This document shows, one piece after another, positions 11,575 through 23,249 of a stretch of DNA of 64,000 nt. The notes under the pieces are model-generated. The model worked only from the letters and a program-made list of their open reading frames with translations. It did no database searches and was not told the DNA's origin. Within the stretch, counting starts at the first letter, position 1; the number at the start of each line of letters is the position of its first letter. A program made the position numbers and the translations under genes. Origin of the DNA: Eledone cirrhosa (Eukaryota); contig OZ024742.1 in the NCBI GenBank assembly GCA_964016885.1, positions 332,072,001-332,136,000 of the forward strand, read 5' to 3'.

Positions 11575-14500
11575 TTAAACTAAGCGTAACCCTGCAGCGA
11601 GGGGTAAGAGCGTACTATCGCTTACCCGAGGCGAACACTCAGATTAGCGGTTCGGCGGAGGCGTCTTCTTGCACCTGGATTCTTATTCGGCCGCTCACCG
11701 AGTTAATTACCGTTAATACAAAAGTCCCCAAAAGGGAAGTTTCTAAGCATTAACATTAAAAAAAAAACATTTTTTTAAAGACAATCATCACCTCGACCCG
11801 GCAAGGGTTCATAAAGTAGAAAGGGGATTAGACGACAGGCAGCCACAGTGGGGAGCACACGTGGTAGCGCCCAGAGACCCCCATACCGCGTGCGAGCTGA
11901 GAGGCCAGAACCAGCCAGCACTCACTCTAGCATCTCCAGCGTCAACAGCATCGCCCGATAGCATAGAAGCCTCCCAAACGCGTCATCCGTGATCCCAAAA
12001 GCAGACACCTTCTCAGCCGCGTCCGACCACGCTCCACAGGATCCGATGGGACAGCCATGAACCAAGACTCTCTCGTTTCTTTTTCAAGTAGAGCAGTCAA
12101 CGGAAAGTACTTTCGCACCTTCTCCGCCGCGGCGTCATTCAATGCGCTGCTTGCTCATACCTCACCGTGACGTCTACAATCACCGACCCCCATCTCCTTG
12201 TTACAAGATCCGGTATGAGCCTCGCATTGTCCACATAAGATGGCTCCCAGCCAACCCTCCAACCGTGGCGTGTGCACTCGTACGTAATCAGTCGGCATAG
12301 CTGGTCGTGCCTGGCCAAGCGCTTTCTCTTTAGAAGAGGGCATTGGCCACTGATGTGGGCGATTGTCTCCGCAGCCGCCTCACAGCGTCCGCAGGTCTTC
12401 GGTCCGCGACCACCTCTCGCAAGGCATTCCCGGGTCGGAAACGTATTGGTTCGCAATTTAAAATAACTTAAAAAGGTCCCCTCAGAAACCGCAGCCGGGC
12501 GGAGCAACCAATCGTTGCCGATTCGGTCGCCCAGACACGACTCCGCACACGCCCGCTGGACGGGCTGAGACGCCCAGGCTTCAGCGTGATTCCACCGAAT
12601 TCGAGGCGCGTACATGGTCGCGCCCAACGGAATCGGCGGCAGACTATAGCGCAACGCTATCTCTCTCTATTTCGCGTAGCTGGCCAGCAGATTCGGCCAT
12701 GAAGCGAACCGCGTCGTATCGAGAGTCGAGCAGGCGAAGATTCTTTCGAATCACGATGGTCGGAATCCTCTTCGCAAGTTGGCCAAAGTTCAATCCACCA
12801 TCTCGTCTGCTGCTATATAGGAAGGAAACGGAGGTCGATTCATGCAGATGCATTATCCTACGTGCCTCCGCGCGAATAGCTGTCTAGCGCCTCAAGCCTA
12901 TTCCAGGCTGGCAGCATCTGCGAAAGAGTGTAGAATAATCTAGGCAGGTAATATTGCTGCATAAGATGGAATTTCTGCCGGGGTTTCTGTGGAGCGAAGC
13001 AAATGTTATCGAAACACTGCGGCACCTGCTCCACCGAAACATTCATCTCGAGGTTCAACGACGACGGGCCGACTTTGACACCAAGGTAGGAACATTTCTC
13101 CGCAGCATCGATCCTCAAAAGCTGAAAACCGTCGATCTCCGGAGCGGAGTCCGTGTTGACCAAACAGGACTTCCCCCACGCTTTTATAGAGAACCTGACG
13201 CATTTGGAGATATTCACAGCTAGTCCCACCTCCCGGTAGAAAGACACGCATCTGTCAACTAGACGGTGCAACTCCACCGAAGAGCCGGCCACTAGTGCAT
13301 TATCATCCGCGTACGCCAGGCTCGACAATCCCACCTCTCCAGTCTGTAAGCCATAGTTGATAGAAAGAGCGTCCATCAATGGGTATGTGGCTATATTGAG
13401 GAGAAGGGGCGACAGGGCGTCCCCTTGCCGGACTCCCCGCCTGATCTCGATAGCTCTGCTCGTTTCCCCTCCGACCGAGAAATTTTTGACGCAGCCATCA
13501 TACAGACCTTTTACGACATCGACCACATATTGGTGAAATCCAAGTCTTCTCATGCCCGCAAACACAAGTGAGTGCAAAACCGTATCGAAGGCCTTGGCGA
13601 GGTCTAAGAAGGCCAGGTCCAACCGCCGAATCCCCGATCGAGCTGGTCCACCATACTGCTTCCGAGAAGCTGCCACACTTTGGGCATGGTTTAAGGGTGT
13701 TACCTGAAACATTCTTTTGGAGAGAACCCTGGTGTATATACGATACACAGAACATATCGTCAGGGTTCTCCAATTGGAAAGCTCGTTCGGGCCGTCCATC
13801 TTACGAATCAGGACTGATCTTCTTAGTTTCAAGATATCGTATCCTCCCAACCAGCAACATACAGTTGAATAGGTTCGCGAGAGTAGCAGGGGTCGATTGC
13901 GCGGACCTGTCGGGGTGTGACTCCGTCAGGACCCGGAGCTGATTGTGTGAAACATACACCTGAGTGCACCTACAACCTCAAATATGGTGAACGGACGCAA
14001 AAGCGGCACGTTGTTCACCAGTTCCGCTGCTGGATACGCGCTTAGATCAACATCCGGTCCCCGGGCGGAAAACCTGTACGCATAGTCCGACTCAATGTCT
14101 GCAATCGGTGCAGGGCACACCCCCTGCTTCTCCTCCCCTAATATCAACGTAAGGAGCTTCTTCCTATCGCGATCGTAAAAAAAACTGGTAACAAGTGTAG
14201 AGCGCTCTTTTCACTATTTCTACCGGTTTTCTTATAGGGCTTTTTAAGATTACTCTTTTTCCCGGACTTAGCCAGCCTCCTGCTCGAGCGCATGCTGCTA
14301 ACCATCCATAAACAAACTCCGCAAACGCATTCCAACTCTCGCCCGTAATCTCATCAAAAAGTGTTCAGACACTCCGCGAATACAGCGGCCCGTCGAGAGC
14401 GACTCGGCTCCGCCGCATCGCCGAACGAGTTCCTCCAATTAGAATCAGAGACAGCCGGGGAGTCCGTTCCACTCACCTGGCTAGGCGGTCGCACATCTGC

Positions 14501-16195
14501 CGATTTTCTAGTACGAGTAGTGGACCGTTTACAGTGCTTCTTGTTCAGATAGCTCCTCTTAGAACTGATCTGTTTCACGGTCTTTCCAGGCAGGAAAGGA
14601 GCGATCTCTATATTGATACGACCACATCCCGCTCTAAGAAGCTCCCCCTCTTTGTCTAGAATGATCGATACTTCCTCCTCAGACTAACAGCCCTTGCCAA
14701 CACGAATGCCGGAACTCGCAGCTATCGCACGAGAGGCGACTGCAGCACGAGAGGCACGCTCCCTCCCGATCTCTTCTTCGTGCTTCGCAATCCTGCGGCG
14801 ATTGGCAACCGCAGGGTGGGGATGTCTCTCGTGATGAGATCTTCCCGCGACCGTGCGGAATGCACGGTCGCATTCCTCACATTTATGGACAAGGCCCGAG
14901 TCGGCGGGCATGTCGTCCCATCTCCTGCCTGAACATCGGACAGAGTGCACCCTGAGCGTATGTAGGTGACAGCTCTCCCTACCACATTTGCTACACCTGT
15001 AAACTGCTTTCCGCCCATGTCGACGCAGCAAATGTTCCGACGAACCAGATGGGTCAGAGAAGTGGCTCGGACAGTGAGAGCATGACAGCATTACACTCTC
15101 ACTCGGTATCTCAAGGCAATCCTCCCCCATTTCAAGGCAATCCTCCCCCATTTCAAGGCAATCCTCCCCCATTTCAAGGCAATCCTCCCCCATTTCAAGG
15201 CAATCCTCCCCCATTTCAAGGCAATCCTCCCCCATTTCAAGGCAATCCTCCCCCATTTCAAGGCAATCCTCCCCCATTTCAAGGCAATCCTCCCCCATTT
15301 CAAGGCAATCCTCCCCCATCTCAAGGCAATCCTCCCCCATCTCAAGGCAATCCTCCCCCATCTCAAGGCAATCCTCCCCCATCTCAAGGCAATCCTCCCC
15401 CATCTCAAGGCAATCCTCCCCCATGTCAAGGCAATCCTCCCCCATGTCAAGGCAATCCTCCCCCATCTCAAGGCAATCCTCCCCCATCTCAAGGCAATCC
15501 TCCCCCATCTCAAGGCAGCTCGACCCCTGTGACAGTCTACGGTGTATTGTGCCCACTGTGAGGACAGTTGCTTGCCTCTTAACAAAACGTGTGTCCCGTA
15601 GTCAAGAGTAAACTTATCAGGAGTATTCTTACGAATCGTTATAGTCGGTAATTGTCTCATCCGGTGGTTCAAATCCAGCGAGCGGCACTCCTACGAGGGA
15701 CGTGACCCGGCTCATTTTCAGCCCTCGAAGGTGGTTGCCAATTGCCACAGCGGGCCTTTACAGCAGGCTGCGGCAGGCCGGAGGGGCCAATCACAACCGC
15801 TCCGGTCGCTGGCTTTTCGGCCCCAGCTGCCGTATGGTTACAATATAATCTATCATTAATGTAACGCCTATTAGTTCGTTCTTATGTGGCTGACCACCCT
15901 AGTATGGTAATAACCTGCCGGGCCAACAATCAGCACTGCGTAAAATGACAATAAACAAGACGGTAAAGCTGCTTCTCTCGTACAGCTCAAACCACGGACT
16001 TAAGCTTTCTTCCCACTTAAAGGGAGGCGTTTCCTGGCCTTTTAACTTATATTTAAAAAAATATATATAAGTTGCCTTTCCCTATATTTTATGTGGGCTG
16101 TCCTACCGGCCACGCCGATAGCATTTTAGTCGCATATCGGCATGCCACAGTCAATTCAGTTTTAAGAAGAAAAAAATGTAGTCATAATCTTTTTC
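11575..16195 (-). mobile_element. R2-clade (R2-A-type architecture) non-LTR retrotransposon, copy A, near full length, frameshifted
   Basis: ZnFs CSHC..H..H, CSKC..H...C and CEEC..H..H; Myb (GKTVKQISSKR); RT NWRTLTICS, LDLAKAFDTV, GVRQGDALSPLL, LAYADD; RLE CGRC..ETIAHI...C..RHD, LIPDLV..IVDV, EKVRKY. Confidence 0.88.
15111..15509. repeat. Minisatellite, 19 x 21 bp (TCAAGGCAATCCTCCCCCAT+T/C/G), encoding MGEDCL(E/D) on the minus strand
   Basis: 399 bp / 21 = 19 units; last-base variants run T9, C5, G2, C3. Confidence 0.97.
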
Positions 16196-16199
16196 TTTT

Positions 16200-19100
16200 C
16201 TATTTCCTCTAACTAAAACGGATGGTCGTGCACGCTCGTTTGTACCGCGCTTCGGGTCCTATTTTCTTTCTCTCTTCCTATAAACAGTATTAATAAAACT
16301 TATTAGTTAACAAACATTTTATTTTAAGTAATGCATATCCCTGCAATGAGGAGTAAGTGCGTGCTATCGCTTACCCAAGGCGAACGCCCAGACCAGCGGA
16401 ACGGCGAAGGCGTCTTCTCCCACTCGGATACTTATCCGACCGTTCGCCGGGTTAATTATAGTTAATACGAAATTTCAACAAAATTAAGTGAAGTTTTTAA
16501 GCACTAACGCTTCAAAAAACCTAAAAGAAACTAATAAAAAGAAACAATCACCTCGACCGGCAAGGGTTCATACAGTAGAAAAAGGATTAGACGACAGGCA
16601 GCCACAGTGGGGGTACACGCTGTAGCACCCAGAGACCCCCCCCATACCGCGTGCGAGCTGAGAGGCCAGAACCGGCCAGCACTCACTCTAGCATCTCCAG
16701 CGTCAACAGCATCGCCCGACGGCATAGAAGCCTCCTAAACGCGTCATCCGTGATCCCCAAAGCAGACACCTCCTCAGCCGCGTTTGACCACGCTCCACAT
16801 GCTCCGATGGGACAGCCATGAACCAATACTCTCCCAATTGTTTCTATTTCAAGTAGAGCAGTCAACGGAAGGTACTTTCGTACGTTCTCCGCTGCGCCGT
16901 CATTCAATGCGCTCTTGCTCATACCTCATCGTGACGTCTACAATCACCATCGACCCCATCTCCTCATTACCAGATCCGGTATGAGCCTCGCATTGTCCAC
17001 ACGTAAACACGGCTCCCAGCCAACCCTCCAACCGTGGTGTGTGCACTCGTCCGCAGTCAGACGGCATAGCAGGTCGTGTCTGGCTAAGCGCTTTCTCTTT
17101 AGAAGAGGGCACTGGCTACTGATGTGGGCGATCGTATCCGCAGCCGCCCCAGAGCGTCTGAAGGTCTTCGGTCCGCGACCACCTCTCGCTAGGCATTCCC
17201 GGGACGGAAACGTATTTTTTCGAAATTTAAGACCACTAAAAATGGTCCCCCTCAGAAACCGCACCCGAGCGGAGCAACCAATCGTTGCCGATTCGGTCGC
17301 CCCGACACGACCCAGCACACGCTCGCTGGACGGCCTTAGACGCCCAGGCTTCAGCGTGATCCCGCTGAAAGCCAGGCGCGTACGTGGTCGCGCTCAACGG
17401 AATCGGCGGCAGACTATAGCGCAACGCTATCTCTCTATTTCGCGTAGCTAGGCCAGCAGATTCGGCCATCGAGAGTCGAGCAGACGAAGATTCTTTCGAA
17501 TCACGATGGTCGGAATCATCTTCGCCAGTTGGCAAAGGTTCAATCCACCATCTCGTCTGCTGCTATATAGGAAGGAAACAGAGGTCGATTCATGCAGATG
17601 CATTATCCGACGTGCCCCCGCGCGAATAGCTGTCTAGCGCCTCAAGCCTATTCCAGGCTGGCAGCATCTGCGAAAGAGGGTAGAACATTTTAGGCAGGTA
17701 ATATTGCTGCATAAGATGGAATTTTTACCGGGGTTTCTGTGGAGCGAAGCAAATGTTATCGACACACTGCGGCACCTGCTCCACCGAAACATTCATCTCG
17801 AGGTTCGACGACGGGCCGACTTTGACACCAAGGTAGGAACATTTCTCCGCAGCATCGATCCTCAAGAGCTGAAAACCGTCGATCTCCGGAGCGGAGTCCG
17901 TGTTGACCAAAAAGCACTTCCCCCACGCTTTTATCAAGAACGTGACGCATTTGGAGATATTCACAGCTAGTCCCACCTCCCGGTAGAAAGACACGCATCT
18001 GTCAACTAGACGCTGCATCTCCACCGAAGAGCCGGCCAATAGTGCATTATCGTCCACGTCCGCCAGACTCGACAATTCCACCTCTCCAATCTGTAAGCCA
18101 CAGTTAAGAAGAACGTCCATCAATGGGTTTGTCGCTATATTGAAGAGAAGGGGCGAGAGGGCGTCCCCTTGTCGGACTCCCGGCCTGGTCTCGATAGCTT
18201 GCTACCCAGCGCTCCGACCGAGAAATTTTTGACGCAGCCATCATACAGACCTTTTACGACATCGACCACATATTCGTGAAAGCCAAGTCTTCTCAAGTGA
18301 GTGCGGAACCGTATCGAAGGCCTTGGCGAGGTCTAAGAAAGCCACGTCCAACCGACGAATCCTCGATTGAGCTGTCCCATTCATACTGCTTTCCAGAAGC
18401 TGTCTCACTTTGGGCTCTTTGGGCAGGGTTTAAGGGAACATTCTTTTGGAGAGAACCCTGGTGTATAGACGATACATAGCAGAACATATCGTCAGGAGTC
18501 TCCAATTGGAAAGATCATTCGGGCCGTCTATCTTCTTACGAATCAGGACTGATCTTCCAAGTTTCAAGTTATCGGGTATTCTCCCGACCAGCAACTTACA
18601 GTTGAATAGGTTCACACGCGTAGCATGGGTCGATTGCGCGGACCTGTCGGGGCGTCATTCGGTCAGGACACGGAGCCGAATGTGAACCATACACCTGTGT
18701 GCACCTACAAACTCAAACATGGTGAATGGATGCAAAATCGGCAAGTTATTCACCAGTTCCGCTGCAGCAAAACCTCTCCAGGACGGAAAACCTGTTCAGA
18801 GGCCGACTCGATGTCTGCCACCGGGACAGGGCACACTCTTGCTTCTCCTCCCATAAGAAAACCGTAAGGAGCTTCTTCCTATCGCGGTCGTAAAAAAACT
18901 GGTAGCGAGCGTAGGACTCTCTCTTTTCACTCTTTCTATCGTTTTCTTATAGTGCCTTTTAAGATTACTCTTTTTCTCGGACTTAGCACGCATCCTGCTC
19001 GAGCGCATGCTGTCTAACGATCCATCAACAAACTCCGCGAAAGCATCCCAACTCTCGCCCGTAATCTCATCAAAAAATGTGTTGAGAGACTCCGCTAATA

Positions 19101-20510
19101 CAGCGGCCCCTCGAGAGCGACCCGGCCCCGCTGCATTGCACAACGAGTTCCTCCAATCAGAATCGGAGGCAGCCGGGGAGACCGTTCCATTCACCTGGCT
19201 AGGCGGTCGCACATCTGCCGATTTGCTAGTACGGGTAGTGGACCGTTTACAGTGATTCTTATTCAGATAGCTCCTCTTAGAACTGATCTGTTTCACGGTC
19301 TTTCCAGACAGGTAAGGAGCGATCTCTATACTGATAAGACGACATCCCGCTCTAAGAAGCTCCCCTTCTTTTTCTAGAAGGATCGACACTTTCTCCTCAG
19401 ACCAACAGCCCTTACCAACACGAATGCCGGAAATCGCAGCTATCGCACGAGAGGCGACTGCAGCACGAGAGGCACGCTCCCTCCCGATCTCTTCTGCGTG
19501 CTCCGCAATCCTGCGGCGATTGGCAACCACAGGGTGGCGATGTCTCTCGTGATCAGATCTTCCCGCGACCGTGCGGACAAGGCCCGAGTCGGCGGGCATG
19601 TCGTCCCATCTCCTGCCTGAACATCGGCCAGAGTGCACCCTGAGCGTATGTAGGTGACAGCTCTCCCTACCACATTTGCTACACCTGTAAACTGCTTTCC
19701 GCCTATGTCGACGCAGCAAATGTTCCGCCCAACCAGATGGCCCAGAGAAGTGGCGCGGACAGTGAGACCAAAACTGCATTACACTGTCACACGGTATCTC
19801 AAGACAAACCTCCATCTCAGGCAGCTCGACCCTGCAGACAGTCTACGGTGTCTTGCGCCCACTGTGAGGACAGTTGCTTGCATCTTATCACCAAAACGTG
19901 TGTCCCGTAGTCAAGAGTATACTTATCAGGAGTATTCTTACGAATCGTTATAGTCGGTAATTGTCCCATCCGGTGGTTCGAATCCAGCGAGCGGCACTCC
20001 TACGAGGGACGTGACTCGGGTCATTTTCAGCCCTCGGAGGTGGTTGCCGTTTACCACAGCGTGCCTTTACAGTAGGCTGCGGCAGGCCGGAGGGGCCAAT
20101 CACTACCGCTCCGGTCGCTGGCTTTTCGGCCCCAGCTGCCGTATGGTTACAATATAATCTGTCATCATTAATTTAACGCCTTTTAGTTCGTCCTTATGTG
20201 GCTGACTACCCTAGTATGGTAAAGCCTGCCGAGCCAACAATCAGCACTGGATATAAAGACAAAAAAAAAAGACGGTAAAGCTGCCTCTCTCGTACAGCCC
20301 AAACCACGGACTTAAGTTCTCTTCCCACTTCAAGGGAGGCGTTTCCTGGCCTTTTAACTTATATTTAAAAATATATATATAAGTTGCCTTTCCCTATATA
20401 TTATGGGGGCTGTCCCACTGGCCACACTGATAGCATTTTAGTCGCATATCAGCATGCCACAACCAATCCGGTTGTAAGAAAATAAATGTAGTTAAAATCT
20501 TTTTCTTTTC
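16200..20510 (-). mobile_element. R2-clade retrotransposon, copy B, near full length, frameshifted
   Basis: Colinear with copy A; Myb WSEEKVSILL; in-frame deletion removes HKCEECDRAF of the third ZnF; YADD reads DVDD; RHD and PDLV present. Confidence 0.88.
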
Positions 20511-20514
20511 TATT

Positions 20515-21070
20515 TCTAACTAAAACGGATGGTCGTGCACGCTCGTTTGTACCGCGCTTCGGGTCCTATTTTCTTTCTCTCTTCCTATAAACAGTATTAA
20601 TAAAACTTATTAGTTAACAAACATTTTATTTTAAGTAATGCGTCTCCCTGCAATGGGGTGTAAGGGCGTGCTATCGCTTACCCAAGGCGAACGCCCAGAC
20701 CAGCGGAACGGCGAAGGCATCTTCTCCCTCTCGGATACTCATCCGACCGTTCGCCGGGTTAATTATAGTTAATACGAAATTTCAAAAAAAAAAAAAAAAG
20801 TAGTTTCTAAGCCCTAACACGTCAAAAAAACAAACAAAATAAAAAGAAACTGAGACAACCATCCCCCCGACCCGGCAGTTGTTTGCCTCTTAACACCAAA
20901 AGTTGTGTCCCGTCGTCAAGAGTAAACTCCTCCGGGGTATCCCTACGAATTGTTATCGTCGGTAGTTGTCCCTTTCGGTGGTTCAAATCCAGCGAGCCGG
21001 CACTCTTACGAGGAGCATGACCCGGCTCATTGTCAACCCTTGGAGGTGGTTGCCGTTTGCCACAGCGGGC
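20515..21070 (-). mobile_element. Internally deleted R2-like unit (5' part joined directly to 3'UTR)
   Basis: 20877-21070 matches 15565-15755; 20515-20876 matches 16205-16562; junction CCCGGCA|GTTG. Confidence 0.8.
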
Positions 21071-21550
21071 CCAAGTTTGCTCTTGCTTCATGAGCTTCCA
21101 GGCCTGGGCCAACTTTTCTTCTTTATTCGCAGCGAAAGTGTACTTGTTGTTGGTTCGTTGTTCTTGTCGGTGGTGTCGTTGTTCTTGTTGCTGTTAATTT
21201 TCTTCACATTTGTATTTTCACTGTTGTTGGCTTTTTAGTCGTTATTGCTGCTGATATTATTGTTTTTGTTGAAGGTGCTGTTGTCGGCGATATTGCCTGT
21301 GGTCTCTTTGTTCATTTTTGCTGTAAAAGAGACAGCGTTATTCTCAACGTGTAAACCTTTGAGACGACACTTAAATTTGGTTGGGTGGGGCGTGGCTCCG
21401 CCAGGATTTTTTAGGAGAGAAATTTTGTTTTCAACTGTTCATATATTTAGGCCAAAAGGAGCAAATATTATATTTTCCCCTTCACAAGGCAAAGACGGGA
21501 GTCTTACGACCCTATTGCAAAAAATATTGCAACTAATACAGTTGAAAAAA
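21070..21550 (-). mobile_element. Tx1/L1-like 5'UTR and ORF1 start
   Basis: AQAWKLMKQEQTW; upstream block with GGGGCGTGGCTCCGCCA and TTCCCCTTCAC shared with 29205-29380. Confidence 0.65.
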
Positions 21551-21589
21551 AAAACATAATCACTACCTTGTCTTCACTGTCTGAAAGCC

Positions 21590-22640
21590 AATAAAAATAA
21601 TTTCTTTATTATTGGCCACAAAGGCCGAACATAGAGGACAATAAAGACAGGGGACAGTGGGGCTTTAAATAAAATCGAGTAAGATTATAAACAAAAACAA
21701 TTAACAAAGAATATCAACAGAATTCCCCAATGGGGGGCATAGCCCCCAGGGATGACGTTAGGAAAACCACATCACATCACAACACACCCTCATCTCCAAG
21801 AGCACCCTAGGCGGGTGCCCCGTACTCCCTCCATCCTTCCAGCGTACAGGTGCATGATCAGTGTGGGCTCATTCACACGGTCCATGCTCACAGCAATCAT
21901 CCACCTTTTAAAAAATGATCTGAGGGGCAGCCTTTCTCTCCACCATTATCTTCCTTTCCAAGTGGAACTTGAAAAAGTTGACACGAGCTTGGCCGAAGAG
22001 GAAAGTGTCGATCTTCAAACCTTTCAGTCGCGTCCACCATAAATCTTTCACTACAGCTATCGGTCAGAGGAAAATTGTCTGCTCTTCCCGACCAAAAGAA
22101 GGCGGTAGGTCTCACACGTGATAACAGCTGTTCGACATAACTGCATAAGTCAGCATTATACAGAACTACCGTGTATATAGTTATCTCGAAGCGGCAGGAC
22201 TCCACGGTAGCACTGTCAAGTGCGGGATTTCTGGAAATTGTCCATAGTCTCCTGCGCTAAATTCCCCAATCATAAATTCTCCATGTTAGTCAGATAAAGG
22301 AGAAAGAGGGTTATTTACCCTGAGGGTGCTGAGTGTTTGTGGTACTTTGCAGGTGCTAAATGCTCCTCACCTCCACCACCACTTTCTCTATTTACTTCCT
22401 TCGTGTTATGAGGTTCAGTAATTGTGCTTCTCATCTTCGTTCATTGATGAAGAGGTTGTTTGTATCAGATGTAAGTGGGAATGTGTTTGGGTTTGTTTCA
22501 ATGCATGTGTTGAGGGGGAGCGGGAGAGCTTCTTTAGAGTGGCCCCTGGGTGGTCTTAGTGGCCTTAGCAGTTGTTGTTGGCTCACAAGTGTGCCCCTGT
22601 CACTCCAGTAGGTAAATTCTAATCCCTGTTTATAAGTCAT
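21590..22640 (-). mobile_element. Tx1/L1-like element, ORF2 almost entirely deleted, with 3'UTR
   Basis: ORF2 start MENL*LGNL at 22284 runs straight into the C-terminal FFKFHLERK..E..W tail; 3'UTR ends with AATAAA on the minus strand near 21605. Confidence 0.65.
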
Positions 22641-22644
22641 AAAT

Positions 22645-23249
22645 TAAAATGTGGTCGTGCACCGCTCGACCACCCGTAAGTAACGCGCTTCGAGACCTAT
22701 TTTTCCTACTCTCCTCCTATAAACATTAATAAACAACATTAATAAACTAACATAATACAACGCGTAACCTCTGCAACGGGGAATGAGGGCGTACTATCGT
22801 GCACCCAGTACGAACGCCCGGACTCGCGGAACCGGCGGAGTCGTCCTACTTCTCCTTCACTCGGATTATCCATCCGACTGCTTGCCGGGTTAATTCAAGG
22901 TTAATCGGATTTAGAAAGAGAGAATCTAGGCTCTAACGCGCACTAAAAAAAAAAAAAGAAAAAAAAAAACTTGAGGCAAACATCCCCCGAACCCGGCAAG
23001 GGTTTATAAAGGAGAAAAGAGGATTGGACGACAGTCAGTCACAGTGAAAGGGACCCGGAAGCGCCCAGAAAGCCCCATCGCGCGCGCCATCAACAACTCG
23101 AAACCAGCCGGATTCTAGTCTAGCATTTCTAGCGTCGCTAGCATCGCTCGACGGCACAGAAGCCTCCTGAACGCATCATCCTCGATCCCCAGAGTGTTAG
23201 TGTCTCTTCAGCCGCATTCGACCAAGCCCCGCAAGCTCCGATGGGACAG
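22645..23249 (-). mobile_element. 5'-truncated 3' end of a more divergent R2-like copy
   Basis: Matches 11790-12055 (ORF end) and the structured 3'UTR blocks at 20530-20765. Confidence 0.8.

Noticed and set aside
15111-15509. CRISPR-like array
   Set aside because: Contiguous tandem units with no unique spacers, no cas genes, eukaryotic context.
16160-16200. Faint resemblance to the 28S R2 upstream target (TATGACT..TCTTAA on the minus strand)
   Set aside because: Gapped, low complexity and not kept in the equivalent 20475-20510 segment; no other rDNA nearby.
21611-21632. U2 snRNA 5'-like sequence (TCGGCCTTTGTGGCCAA, minus strand) at a Tx1-like 3' end
   Set aside because: Only about 17 nt, the rest of U2 is absent and the sister 3'UTR (25280-25295) diverges; more simply a 3'UTR stem-loop.
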